A stretch of DNA of 63,470 nucleotides, filler included, from Hausera hauseri (Eukaryota): assembly GCA_046269625.1 (NCBI GenBank). It is 12 parts of 12 records of this genome, joined end to end, with 100 filler letters (N's around TTAATTAATTAA, not from the genome) between each part and the next. Parts side by side here need not be neighbours in the genome. Positions count along the whole stretch, not along the records: positions 23,234 to 28,733 come from JBJURY010241294.1; positions 28,834 to 33,459 come from JBJURY010498019.1; positions 33,560 to 38,644 come from JBJURY010340491.1; 9 more parts are not named here. The stretch is one strand, 5' to 3'. A model generated the notes under the pieces. That model was not told the origin of the DNA and did no database searches. It saw nothing but the letters and a program-made list of their open reading frames with translations. This document shows positions 25,620 through 38,744 of the stretch, one piece after another (the first letter of the stretch is position 1; each line of letters starts with the position of its first letter). Both the position numbers and the translations under genes were made by a program.

Positions 25620-25960
25620 TCAACCGAAAATCGTACGACAACGACGTTTGTTTATGGTTGAAAAGCTAGCTGATATACCACGTCCATGTTTTCTTATCAA
25701 GCCGCTGTTGGCGAATTGTTTTTTTACTGATTCAACGACTCCCGGTGCAGTGCTTTTTATTTCCGACAAGGCGTGTTCCTTTAGTGATGGTAAAATCGAT
25801 TTGTTTTCATATATTACGTCGTGTGCAGTTTTTGCTACCACTGCACCAATGCGCTTCAACACATGAAATGCTAAGAGTGCCAATGTATGCAACTATCCAT
25901 AGCCATACTCTTTACCAACGAAATACGGTAGTTCACCGCCCTGCTAGGGTTGACTTTAAA
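25620..25960 (-). pseudogene. Small basic Maverick protein (PW-like core/cement protein)
   Basis: FVGKEYGYG*LHTLALLAFHVLKRIGAVVAKTAHDVIYENKSILPSLKEHA resembles the G.G.G..F..L.R...P.LK pattern; lies just upstream of the MCP. Confidence 0.55.
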
Positions 25961-25981
25961 TGGAAACAATTTCAGAATCAA

Positions 25982-26509
25982 TCATGTTGTTGGATTCGAC
26001 GGAAATAAAGAGTTAGACCGGTTGTAATACCGTAGGGAAATACAATAAGGTAGCCCGCGCTCACATCGGATATTCACTTTAACATTGTTTATAGATGTAG
26101 ATGCCATAAAATGTAAGTATTCCACTAAAATAAAAACACTGATCTTGCCGTGTACACCGTAATATTTACAGGGCGTGCAAATGGCCGATTCTGCAACTGT
26201 GATTTTATTGTCAGTAAGTGTCAGAGGACAAGGATGTGTTTTGGTTTCAGCAACAGTCTTGTTGTAAGTTATTTTCATACTGCCTTTTAATGTTACCCGT
26301 GCGTAGGGAAAGTTAAATTCCGTCAATGCAATCTCCCATTGTCCAGCAGGTAAATCCAAAGGATTGTTCCCATCTACAACGTATTCCTGAAGGAATTGTT
26401 CAGACGAGTCGTCGGACAATTCTTTCTCGGCAACACCATGTAAATATTCATTATCTCGATGATGATCATGGTAATGACGCAGTTTGTTTATTATCGACGT
26501 TGACGACAT
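25982..26509 (-). pseudogene. Minor capsid (penton)-like protein 2
   Basis: NPLDLPAGQWEIALTEFNFP matches the P..L.G.WEVAL.E..YP motif. Confidence 0.6.
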
Positions 26510-26539
26510 AGAAAATGTAACGTTAAATGTGTCGTTGAC

Positions 26540-27548
26540 CCGAACAGAAATTTAATGGGTCCCCAAATTGCATCAATCATATACACAGAAATATTGTGCA
26601 CAATATTGTGAGACAATGATAAGTATATCGGTTTGAATATATTAACGTGAACATTTTCATCCGATGTTTGGACGTGTCAGAATTCAGTTCGATAAACGCC
26701 AGTAGTTGTTTACGTTCTCCACCAACGACTACGGATTCGATTAAGTCCGTTAAAATGTTGATTTGGTGAAATGCTCCATAGAGTTGTGGTTTGTATTTGG
26801 CAACAATAGATCGTCCAGCAATGTTTTGATAGAATTCGCGTTGTGCTAAACCCAGATTCCGAGCCAATAATTCATCAAAGGCAAAATTTGTAACATTGTC
26901 ACTGAGTGTAATTGAAATATGACCATCTGCGTTTATTTCACATGTCCTTACGGCTAATGTAGCCATTTTCTTGAAGTATTCACAAAATTCTAGTTTTGTC
27001 TCCATAAATAAGTCATATGGTAAAATATACGAACGAAATTCTGATTGTGACCTTATCCAGTTCACTACAATCGCTGTTGTCATATCAGAGGAAAGGTGCA
27101 AATTTTAAGCAATTATAACATGTCCACCTAGCCGTAAACCTTTCGAGTGTACATTGACTTAATGAAACTACAATGCCTGAGCATCAGCCATGGATTCAAA
27201 CTGCTATTCCACGGGATGTCTATGTGTTACTTTCATACGGCAATTTGAAAAATAAGCATAAACCGAGAAATTGTATCGCGAATAATTGCGAAGGATATAT
27301 TTGTTAGAGTCTGGGATTAACTGTAAACGGCTTGAAATAGGGCATTTTTCTAGTCGAGTAAAGTAAATACCGCTTTTCTTACGTATTTATTTGGGTGAAA
27401 ATGTAAATGTGAAACCCGTTAGAGCCACTTCCCAGGTTCTCGTGCGTAATTTGAGCGGTCGGTCCAAGTTTATGGTAAACTGTTCATCTGAATTGTTGTC
27501 ACTCTGTGATGATGACTTTTCACTATCAAGTACCAAGTAAGTGTTCAT
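26540..27548 (-). pseudogene. Minor capsid (penton)-like protein 1
   Basis: MNTYLVLDSEKS...DNNSDEQFTINLDRPLKLRTRTWEVALT; C-terminal INILTDLIESVVVGGERKQLLAFI. Confidence 0.75.
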
Positions 27549-27559
27549 CATTCAATTTG

Positions 27560-28480
27560 CGATGCAAATATCAAGCTGGGTTTGGAATATCCGTGCTACA
27601 TCATGAAATATTGTTTATTCTAATCTTTGCCGCATAAACGTATAATTTCCTGAATACTATATGCTTGTTCGTAGAATTTACCACGTATCTCCTCACCATT
27701 CTCACCTTCCAAAACGTACATGATGGGTGTTTGTTTTGTGTTGATTGTTGTCATTCGGAACAACTCATCGCTGCAGTTCTGACTGAAATTCTTGATAAGT
27801 GGAGTTGTGCTCAGCTCTGAAATACGTACATAATAGCAAATTCTGTTTCGGACGACGATTAACTGCTTGTTGTTGGTTTTGGTAAAGCCAAACGTCCAAA
27901 TCATCGATTACATCAACCGGCCATAATCCATTGATGCCACAATGTGTCGAATGATTTAATGCGTGGATAATATCCGGTAGTACATCTACCCAGCGTTTGT
28001 TGCCTTGCTTCGTAAAGAATTTGTTTAGGTGACCGCACAATGTTCGACTAAATCGTTCAACGAATGCAGCCTTGTATTGGGAAAACACAATGTAGTGCTT
28101 TACGCCGAATCGTATCAAAACAAATGCGACATGGGAGTTGTAAAATTCTTTACCAAAATCCGTTTGTACATGTTTCGGCGGCTCTTGTTTAGTTAATCTG
28201 TGAACAGCGTCGGCAATCTCTTTACCGCATTCGGATTTGACAACAATTGCATGTGCCAAACGACTGAACACATCAATACATGTCAGCATCGTACCAATAC
28301 CCATCGTTGATGCTGGCTTACGGTATCATTTCCATAATATCCATTTGCCATAACAATATTCACACCTGTTCGAAGCACAGAACTGATTAATCATTTGACT
28401 GTAGTGGTTCGTTTTGATACATGTTTCCTGCCGGACACCCACTTGGTAGGTTTATGTTTAACAATTGTTCCTTGGAAATT
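27560..28480 (-). pseudogene. Maverick rve integrase with a degenerate C-terminal chromodomain
   Basis: WQMDIMEM, LTCIDVFSR, VQTDFGKEFYN, KAAFVERFSRTL, RWVDVLPDII, GEEIRGKFYEQ, YSIQEIIR. Confidence 0.9.
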
Positions 28481-28529
28481 TTTTATTTCGAATAATGTCG
28501 TCGATTTTGGAATTTGTTTTTGGACATGT

Positions 28530-28733
28530 ATACATTTCTGATTGAAAATATCTGTTCGTACACGCATATCATCTGAACACTGTTGGGTAAAGTCAGTAAA
28601 CAAATATACATGCGGTTTGTTCGTAGCATCATGATATGCATCTATCAAGTAGGCTAGGTTGTGAGGAAATGCTTGTCGTGCAACATAATCAATGATAGTC
28701 TGATCACGGGGATTTTTGAACAACACCAAATAG
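28530..28733 (-). pseudogene. Maverick packaging ATPase, C-terminal part
   Basis: YLVLFKNPRDQTIIDYVARQAFP...AYHDATNKPHVYLFTDFTQQCSDDMRVRTDIF. Confidence 0.88.
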
Positions 28734-28840
28734 NNNNNNNNNNNNNNNNNNNNNNNNNNNNNNNNNNNNNNNNNNNNTTAATTAATTAANNNNNNNNNNN
28801 NNNNNNNNNNNNNNNNNNNNNNNNNNNNNNNNNCAAGGAA

Positions 28841-31800
28841 ATGGCAAATATTATTCATTGGCTAAGGATACGTACCCGTGTCCCGTGTGTTTTATTCAAA
28901 ACACATGCCCATACGCCGACTTTTATGAGATGCACAAGCGTCATCTCGGTCCGTGCACGTTGTCTAAGAAGATGATGGTTGTGCATTGCCGGATATACCC
29001 GCGAAACTGTAGTAGTGGTAGAGTGTATGACGTTGATTGTTTCCCTAGTGTAATGGAGCAGTACTATGGTGCCAATTCTACGAACAATTCTACTATGAAC
29101 AATTCTACATCATTCACAAGGACCACTGGAACCAGTTTCAGAAATCCAAAAAGGAAATATTAATGGACGCAGAAAGGAGCAGCAGCAGCAGGAAACGTCA
29201 GGCATCAGCAAGCCTTGACAAATACTTTCAAAACAACAGAAGTCAGAAACAGCAGCAGCAGGAATGTGAACCGCCCATAACTGTCAAGAACGACTTGAAC
29301 AGATCGTACATGCACATAACGGTGGACATGTCGACGAAAACAGCAACGTAATTGAAGGGTGAATACGCTAATGTGCGTAACCGGTTGGAATCAGAGGTGA
29401 CCAAATTTCAACAACACCACTATAAACTGGAATGTTATGCACTTGCAGAATTTGAAAATCTGCATGGTGACAGGAAACAATGGTACATGTCACATCGGGC
29501 CGTACCATGCTCTGAGGATTTTATTGCCAATGTAGTCGAAAACCTTGACGAAAAAATCGCCAATTACACCGAAGAGGGCAGTGGTTGGCGAAATGTAAAG
29601 ATTGTCACTTTCGGTTTTATTTTGACCAAGACGAATGACATGATTTACCTGTCTGGATGTTTATTCATATCGACACCTGCATTCTGAAGCAATCTCCGGC
29701 GATAGTGAATGTACAACATACTAACGACGAATATTGCTTTATTTACAGCATTCTGGCCATAGTGAAATATAATCAAGTGTCCAGACATCATGCAAATTGT
29801 CCGAAGTAGTACAGTAAGTATTTCTAAGAATTGGACTATTACTAGTGTTGGATGTCGATGAAACTCAAAACCATTCCGGATTTTGAACGGCGTAATCCGA
29901 CACTGGCAATAAACGTGTTCCACTTCAACATAATCGTAGAGATACCGGTGGATAAGGAAATTTACAAGAATCCTCACGTGGACATAATTTACCGCAGTCG
30001 AAATCCAATTAGACGTCCAGTGAATTTGTTGTTGTTGAAGAATGAAGAAAAGTTTCATTACACGGCCGTGACCAATTTGGGCAGAATGTTGAACATGCAG
30101 CATGACCAGTTCTTCAAAAAGGTATATACGGCGCAAATGGTGTCCCGTGTGTCTGCATGATTTCCGATTAAATGAGACATGGAAAAAGCATGTGGCGCTA
30201 TGCAGGCAAACTTCTTTAGGAACCACAATATGTTACGCTAGTCAAAAAGGAGTTGAGATTTAGTGACTGGTCAAAAAGCGGACAGATATTGAAGCAATTC
30301 TACCACGGCACAATGAATACGATAAAAAGCACGTTTCAATTGCCCTCGGTACGTTGCTAATACCAATAAAAGCCGCCGCACAACCGCAGTATTACGTTTT
30401 CCGTAGTTGGAACTGTGTACGTGATTTCCTGCAGCAGTTGGAAACCATAGTGGAAACGGAAATCGCGTCGTGATATCGCAACAACTGCAAGAAGCCATTG
30501 ATTTGGTAGACGAATATCAACCGTTGCTTTTCACTGTCACCAATTAATACTACCTGTGCCACAAAATAATACCATTTGATGCACCAACGGCTCGTACCGT
30601 ATCACGACCATTTCACCGGTCGACACTTGGGAGCAGCATGCAATTTATGCAATTTAGCAAGGCGAGTGCGACCATTCCTGCCGGTGATCTTTCATAATTT
30701 CCGAGGTTATGACTGTCACCGTATTCTCAAATGGGCAATTAACGGCTCTCCGCAATGGGAACTATCCATAGGATAATGGAGAAATACCTATCGCTGTCGG
30801 CAGGCTTAAACCGATTCCAGGTACGCTTCCTTGGTTTATTGCAATTTCTCAATGAATCATTTCCAAAGCTAATAAATGCCTTGCCAGATGTGCCAATAGC
30901 ACTGACACAGTTCCCTGCACATATTGCACGCTGCAAAGACATTTCCATATGACTTTCCAACATGATATGAGCGACTTCGGATAGCAGAGGAATTACCGCC
31001 GCGATGGACAGGTATCACAGAAGATGAATACCGGAGAGCACAAGAAACGTGGATAGACTTTGGTTGTAGAAACATGTTGGATTACATGCTCCAGTATCTT
31101 AAACTGGACGCGTATTTATTAGCCGACGTGTTCCAAGCATTTTGGACCAAAGCGCTGGCGGATAATAGGTTGGAGCCCTCAACTTTTATTCCATGCCGAG
31201 AATAAGTTGGGTGTCAGCTCTAATGCTGCTGGATCGAAACACTGAGCTGCTGCAAGACCCGGAAATGTACCGGCTGTTTGATGTTGTTATTCGCGACGGT
31301 ATGACATTTGTCAACAAGGATCAGATCAGTGCTACCGATACCACATCACTGTTCTATATTGATATTAATAATCTGTACGGCTGGGGGCTTTCACAATCAT
31401 TGCCGTACGGTTCATTCGAATGGGTTGTCGACAGACAAGATCTGGACGACATAATGTAAAACATACCACGAGCAGACATGGCAGGCTCAGTCGGATACTT
31501 GATGGAGGTCGATCTCGTGACACCAGATAAGCTGCATAACGTTTTGGACAATTTGCTGGTCGCACCATTTAACCAGTGTCCGTCAGGCACAAAAGTGAAG
31601 AAACTGCTCATGACGCATGAACCGAAGCTGAATTACCTGGTCCATTGGTGTTTGCTACAGTTCTATATGCAGTTCGGTGTATGCGTCACACAAATGCATC
31701 GTGCAATCCGATTTGCTCAGGCTCCAATATTCAAGGTGTACATAGATGGAAATTTGGAGAAACGAGCCGCAGCTTATACAAATGTTGAAAAGAACTACCT

Positions 31801-32589
31801 ATGCTGGAAAACAGTTCCCTGTACGGAAAAACTGCAGAATCTGAAAAAACAGCTTAATGTACGCCTACATAACTCTGAAAAGTGGCTAGTTACCTATAGC
31901 AGCTAGGTACAGTTTCGGCGGTCAATGCTCATTGCGATGGATTGATTGCAGCGCTGTTAAACATGGAAGAAATCGTTTTGAACCGGCCAAGTTACATCGG
32001 GCAAGTGATATTGGACCTGTGAAAGTTGCGGATGTATGAGCTACAGTATCGCGACTTGGCACGTTGTCGGCAAATGTTCGGCGGCAAATGCAAGATCAAT
32101 ATAATTGCCGGTAACACAGATAGATATTTGTTGGAATTGAAATACGTCAATCGCGAAAAACTACTGCGGCAAATGATAACAGACGGATTACTGGAAACGT
32201 TCAATTACCCATAGAATCATCCATAGTACAGCAAAGCCATTACAAACAAAATCGTCTGATTCAAGAATGAAAGTAAAGGTCGGCTTCAGTATCAGGAATG
32301 GGCATTTCTACTGCCAAAATGTTCTAGTCTTTTAACTGACTGTAGACCGAAAATGCGCGACAAAGGTGTTCAGTAGGCCCAGACGGAAATACATCACGGT
32401 GATTATCGCCGTGTCTATGAAGAAGAAGGACAATCAAAGGCTGTTGTGTCTCAAACGATCATCCAATCAATTGAGCACCAGCTGTATATGGTGAACAATA
32501 CAAAAGTCGCTTTATCATGGAATGACGATAAGCGTAAAGGAATGGGACGGAATAAGAGTTTGGCGTATGGACATTGGCTTTTGGAATAA
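28841..32589 (+). pseudogene. polB: Protein-primed DNA polymerase B with an EndoVII-like insertion (Polinton type), decayed
   Basis: EEGSGW, NDEYCFIYSILA, HDHFTGRHLGAACNLCNL, VIFHNFRGYD, YLKLDAYLLADVF, YIDINNLYG, NS.YGKT, AGNTDR (degenerate YxDTDS), KVALSWNDDKR, SLAYGHW; many frameshifts. Confidence 0.92.
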
Positions 32590-33803
32590 ATTAGGTGAAT
32601 TCGGAATGAATTCGGTGCTGATGGTACAGACAGATCAAATTACTGTGACAATTCATTGTGATCTGTGTTTTCTATAAATAATGTATATTGTTCGTTATTT
32701 TTGCCTTTTGTTATCATTTAATTTATCTACGTACATTATATATTTAATTTAATGCGACAAGAAACAATATGAAAATCAATAAAATTAATTAGTCATATGC
32801 TAAAATCAAAACAAAGTAAGTCAAATCAGCACAAACTTTCCCAGCTTCCATATTGGTGATTTAATGCTTTGCAGATCCTTGTATCCTTTTAATTTCAATG
32901 TTAGATGGCCTTTAGCTCCTTCCGGTGGCAAAACCGCTTTTGCTGCTGCTACTATTTCTCCAGCATGTTAACTGACAATTTTCACCATATATCCTTTGAG
33001 AAAAATCGATGATGTATCTCGGATATAGTTCCTCAACGCGAAATAATTATCAACTTTTATAATTATCTCTTCCTTTGTATCCAAATAATCATCTGTGATC
33101 TTTTTCACCAATAGTCCATATTTGGTCAATTTGATTTTGACCGTTGGCGTCAATGGCAATTGAATAACGTTGCGCTGATAACGTAAGTTGTATCCATCAT
33201 TCAACGGGAATTTCTGGGTAAATATTCACTGTATAATTGCTTTTTTGATAGAGTCGCGGAACTATCACCTGCTGAATTGTTTTTCAAAGATATTTTTTAA
33301 ACAAGACAAACATGAAATGGAATTGCATTTATATTTTTACCATATTTATACATACCGGTTTGTTTTCATTGTAAACACTAGACATTTACTTTGTGAGTAT
33401 TGTCTCATATCACAATGATACAAACTACCTCCACCTCATTGAAGCCCATGACACTGTTTNNNNNNNNNNNNNNNNNNNNNNNNNNNNNNNNNNNNNNNNN
33501 NNNTTAATTAATTAANNNNNNNNNNNNNNNNNNNNNNNNNNNNNNNNNNNNNNNNNNNNTTTATGGCATTTGTTTATAGTTGTTTGCCTCTTACGTTTAC
33601 GCCCGCCTGCAGGCCTGCTTGAACCAAGCCTCATTATTCTACACCTAACTGGACTAGGACTACTTGATTTACTATTAATTGATAGACTACTGCTTATAGT
33701 AGGCCTATTTAAACCGTAAAGACTTCAAGCACCGCCGATTTGCCTTCTTCTTCTTCTAAAACCACCACTACCTTAATTATCAACAATCTCTTTCATTGTG
33801 TCA

Positions 33804-36800
33804 TTAGTACTTTTGTGATAACTCATATTCTTTGATCGAATAAAGCCAGAACCAAGTAGCGTCACGCGCGTTGTATCTTGATATAAATCCATCACCAAGC
33901 AAGTTCGGAATGAGCCCATGTCGAACAGTTGCTCCATAAGTAAGAATAATCTGACGAGCGTCCTCGAATCTGTTAGTAAGCAACAGCAGACCACGCAGAG
34001 CAATAAACGTATTACGGCCCCAGTTTCTCCAGATGCCCTCGGTGAAATGCGGAAATCCGGCAGACAACGTGGCTCGTTCTCCTTCGTAATTGATTGCCAA
34101 TGGAGGCAATTGACAATTTCGCACGACCGAGCACAGCATGATCGAATTGAGACCGAGTGCTTTAACGAAACTCGATCCAAAGATGACAAGATCTCCCAAT
34201 CGATACCAGCATTCTTCCACAATGACTCAATACGTGCAGGACAGAACAGCGTCAAAATAAGCAGGAACGAGATACCGAGGCAAACGCTTGACAGTGTCGC
34301 ACATCTCCTTGAACCAATCACCAACGCCAGCGAGACTACCCCTGTAACGAGCCAGTCGCTGACACATGAAATCGATAAGCCAATTGCCCTCACGCAGGTT
34401 GTTACACAGCAGGTGACCAAGGTTGTTTTGTAATCGAATTTGTTCCATTTCCGAATAGTAACCCTGTATACCGCAAAACAGCAACGATCCGTACCCCGGC
34501 AAATGATACGAACCGGTGCCAGGGAAGTCGGCATTCTCCTCTGATCCACATCGAAACAAAAGTCGATTGAGATCGTAGATATTAAGATCTCCAAGTAACT
34601 CGCGCAATGTGGGAAGCACAGACGCATTGACGTTGACGTCAGGTACATCTGTAGATCTTGACAATTGTGCTTTCACCATAAGTTCGTGAATAAGATTCTG
34701 GCCCGTGCTGCTCGATCGGAGACGTGCGTTGAACTGCAGTGCCATGTCCGATTTTAGTTTGTCGATGTTCTTCTGATCTGACGGAGTCAGAACGACCTCA
34801 ACGACGACTACGCTGCCCGGTGGTAGGAACTTGAAATTTAGAATATCGTATCCAGTATCGCTGTCCGTGTCCAAAGTTATCATTTGTGACTTATCGGGCA
34901 TGATATCCTTACGTAATTCTACCGTCACTCCTGGCAAACCATTGATGTACTTTTCATTGCGCTTGAAAGAATCGACCATTTTTTCATCTCTTAACGTGCG
35001 TGCTTCAAAAATCACCTTTGAAACTTTACCAGACAAATGCAGAGATTTTATTGGCCGATGGGAAGGCTTGTGTCCAGGGTAGGAAAATGAACTGTGTGCT
35101 ACCATGACGACGGTAATCAATTTGTTCGGATTGTATCGGGATATTGCCACAACATCTCCATCCAATTGGTCGACGAATATTTCTGCATAATTCTCCGCAG
35201 CTAGTTTCTGATGAAGCGCATTGATCGCCGCACGAGCTTTCATTATTCCTGTATCTATGGTGATGCCGTTATTCCAACTGGAGTATGGCCGTGTCTCGTG
35301 AACAACATCAATGTAGTGCGGTACCATTTCGTCATAGCCTCTAGTACTTCCGATAGCGCAACAGGCCATATTGACAATGGCAGCAGAAGTTAGGATATCG
35401 AATGGAGATCGTTTGTGGATCGGGGATTCATTGTCGTGAGTCATGTCATAAAACAAAGCATGGGCAATGGATGGCTGAAGCAATGCTGGATTCTGTTGAA
35501 CGAATAAACCAATCGCCTGGCCACCGTATTTGTGAACCAGTCGGCCTTGATCGTTGCAGTTCCATGCAGCCAGAGCTTCTCGGATCAGAGAATTAATGCC
35601 GAGTTTGTTGACAAATACGTTATCAATAGCTTCGCTACCGGTAAACAATTCAGCAACGATGTAGAGATCCGGACGGACGGCTCGAGCTCGGTCGAGCATG
35701 TACTGTGCAACATGGATTGGTGTGCTGTGGCAATTATCCAACCGAACGGCATGGAATATGCGAGCTGTTAGTTCCGTATATTTCGTCATATGTTGCCACA
35801 GGTAAGGACTGTCACTCGGATTATTGCCATAACGCAGTTTCACCGAATCACCGCATAAAATTAATTCCCGACGAAGGTAAACAGCCGAACCTTCTTCCGC
35901 AAAATTCACTAGTGGATTATCACTCATAACCCATCCTTTATATGCCATAATCCGCTGTTCATTATCCATTTTCACTTCACAGTCTTTAATTTCCTTCACA
36001 TTATCAAACGGATGGTAAAAGTATGCCCACATCAGAGGTGTATCAACGGTAACTTTCCCCAAACACAGTCCATGATCATCAATAAACCGATAATTAACAT
36101 TAGCAATAAAATTGGTAACTGCGGCTTCCAGATGATTTTGTACAATTCCATATTGCTCATCATTCAGCCGCTGTAAAATTGATCGCAGATCATTGCATGC
36201 TGCATCGACATGTTGATGGTTTTTGAACAGGTTATGCGCCGCAACTTCCATATCGATAGTAGCACCAAATCGACGGTAATTGGCATGCAACAATCGAATT
36301 TCACCGGGCTTATAATGCACTTGTTTGCTACTGAGATATTTACGGAAATTATCAAGTTCTTGATCAATGTGAATGAGGAAAAATTCGACGAATTTCACCT
36401 TGTTCACTTCTTCCCAAAGAATAGATCGAATCGTATCGACGTGTTCTGGTCGACTGACGTAATTCGTCAGTCCGCGATTTTTGTATTTCTCAGCGGCAAC
36501 GTCCAGTGTCAAATTCCAGACAACCCGATCCATTAAATAAGCCGGTCGTAAATGCGGTGAATTAACTACGTTATACGCACTTTCCGGATGTTCGTGAATC
36601 CATGGACTGTCGCTAGAAGTGTGATTGAACACCAAATCGGTCATTGACAAACATTGGTGATTCTGATGCATATCCTTAATAAATGATTCAATCATTTCCC
36701 ATGTAACGTTGACTTTTTTCGTTGAAAACCACGGATTGACTTTCAACTGATCACGCAACGAATAAGCCGATTTGGAATAGCCCAATTCCTGTAGCGGTGT

Positions 36801-37301
36801 AAAATGAACCATGTTGTATTTTCCTTCGTATGATGCTTTTAACTTCTCCGGCCATTGGGGAAATGCGCCCATATTCTTCGACAAATATGTTTGCAAACTC
36901 AATCCGTCTAATTCAAATGAATTTTTTGAATCGTCCGAATGAAAACTGAATCGCGGATCAACAATGAAATATCCTTCACCGCATTTGTTGCCAATATCCG
37001 CCGAGCCGTCTTTCGTGAAATAAAACTGAAACGAACCGGAAACCGATACTTTAAATTCAGCATGATTGTCAAAACAATCGTGATCATTTGACGATGGGGA
37101 CGGGTTTAAAACTTCCAATTCTTGATAATTTTCTCGTATGAACACATCGTTTTTAGGGAAATTCGTAAACAATCGAATTAGTTCTCCTTGTAACGTATGA
37201 CCAATTGCCAATCGAATGTACGTATCTTTTTTAACTCGATATAACTGATGCTGGTTGTTCATACCATCTTGTAATACTAAAACACTAACAGCTTTTTTCA
37301 T
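33804..37301 (-). pseudogene. AGL: Glycogen debranching enzyme, intronless, with a nonsense codon and 3' truncation
   Basis: YNMVHFTPLQELG, DLVFNHT, GDSVKLRYG, RLDNCHSTP, VAELFTGSE, DMTHDNESP, GSTRGYDEMVP, AGFPHF, HGLIPNLL, RYNARDATWFWL. In-frame TGA at 34229-34227 (the same frame continues); homology ends at ~33830. Confidence 0.92.
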
Positions 37302-38029
37302 TGGCAAACGCTTTCTCAATCGTTTAAATGAAAACTGATTTGGAAATCAATGAGTTGTTAAATTAGTTTTAGAAACAAATAAATTGAAATACATCAGAAA
37401 TAATTAAATACAGAAATAAATTGAAATTTGTAAATTTTTTGATTATAACCGTGTGGGGTTCTGTAGACAGGGATCGGATTCGCCCCGATATATTCTGTAT
37501 ATATATTTTGTACATCTATATGTTTTTGTTTTAATATCGCGGTAACGCGAAATGAAAAGTTGAAAATTTTTTGAAGTTAAAAATATATTTTTACTTCCCT
37601 CGAAAGCAATTTTGTTTTTCACGATTTTGACCAAATGGGTAGACAAAAATTGAAACTAGTTTTTAAAATACAATGTATTCCGGCTATTATACAGAAATTT
37701 TATGCTATGCAATTGGTGCCTCTGGAAATATCAAAGTCGTTTTCCATGCACCCAAAAATGCAGGTTAAACCTGACATTATTATACTTTTCGCTAATAGTT
37801 TTAAGAACTCTTCGGCCGCTGAAATCAACAATGCAGTTGGAGATTTCGGCTGATGGCGGAACGAGGTTATACGGACATTTTTAATGATGCCTATTCTGGA
37901 GTATTATTAGAGTTTGATGTTGGTTGAATATCGATGTCGTTTGAGTTTGGTTTTCACTCTTTCGTCCTCATGTTTTCATTAAAGTCATTTATCTGAATGT
38001 GTAGACGCACCCACCACGGAATGAATTTT

Positions 38030-38137
38030 TTAAGGCGGGGAAATCGGATCCTACTATGGATCCGACCCGACGGCAACGGACACCCGGCCATGTCCAACCA
38101 AATGTGCCAGAGGGCGCTGACCGCTGTGGGCACTACA
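38030..38137 (-). repeat. LTR-start fragment of the CsRN1-like family
   Basis: 38084-38137 is visibly similar to 44350-44404 (TGTAGTGCCCACAGCGG vs TGTGGTGCCCACAGCGG). Confidence 0.6.
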
Positions 38138-38744
38138 GTATGTATTTTCTCATTTTATACTGGGCAACTACTTATGCAAGAAGTGTCAGAATACAGAAAT
38201 TTCTGGATATCAGAATGAAAATTTTACATATATAGATTCTGCATAAAAAGGCTACCTAACTAGGAAACAAATTTCACTGTAAATCTGGTGTCCTAATGAA
38301 TAAATAGTCATAGAGACTTTCAATATATAATGCTGATTAATAATATGAAAACAATTTTTGCCAAGAAAGTCAAAATAACGTAATTGGGGCTTTTAAGTAT
38401 GATAGCATTTTGCACTTGGTCAAACCTCCCCCAATACATTTCGAGTTCTGAACTTTGACAAAATTTTCCTTACTTTTCTGGAGCTTATGTTCTTTTAATA
38501 TTTGACAGACAATGGCTTCTTGATGTTTTGTTGAAATAAAAATTATACATCGAGTATTTAGCTCATATTTATATATTTGGTCTATAGTATGTGGTCCCTA
38601 GTGTGTATAGCCCAGATATGTGATTAATAATAAGACGAATACATNNNNNNNNNNNNNNNNNNNNNNNNNNNNNNNNNNNNNNNNNNNNTTAATTAATTAA
38701 NNNNNNNNNNNNNNNNNNNNNNNNNNNNNNNNNNNNNNNNNNNN

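Larger units (their letters stand above)
23990..28733 (-). mobile_element. Maverick/Polinton morphogenesis + integrase module (decayed)
   Basis: Co-oriented ATPase, rve integrase, two minor-capsid-like genes, a small basic protein, major capsid and adenain-like protease. Confidence 0.9.

Noticed and set aside
33773-36536. Alternative-frame and antisense ORFs over AGL (e.g. 33773-34648, 33918-34433)
   Set aside because: Shadow ORFs of the real coding frame; no motifs.
37705-37850. Histone-fold-like peptide (LLISAAEEFLKLLAKS) on the minus strand
   Set aside because: Too short, with no supporting flanking helices.
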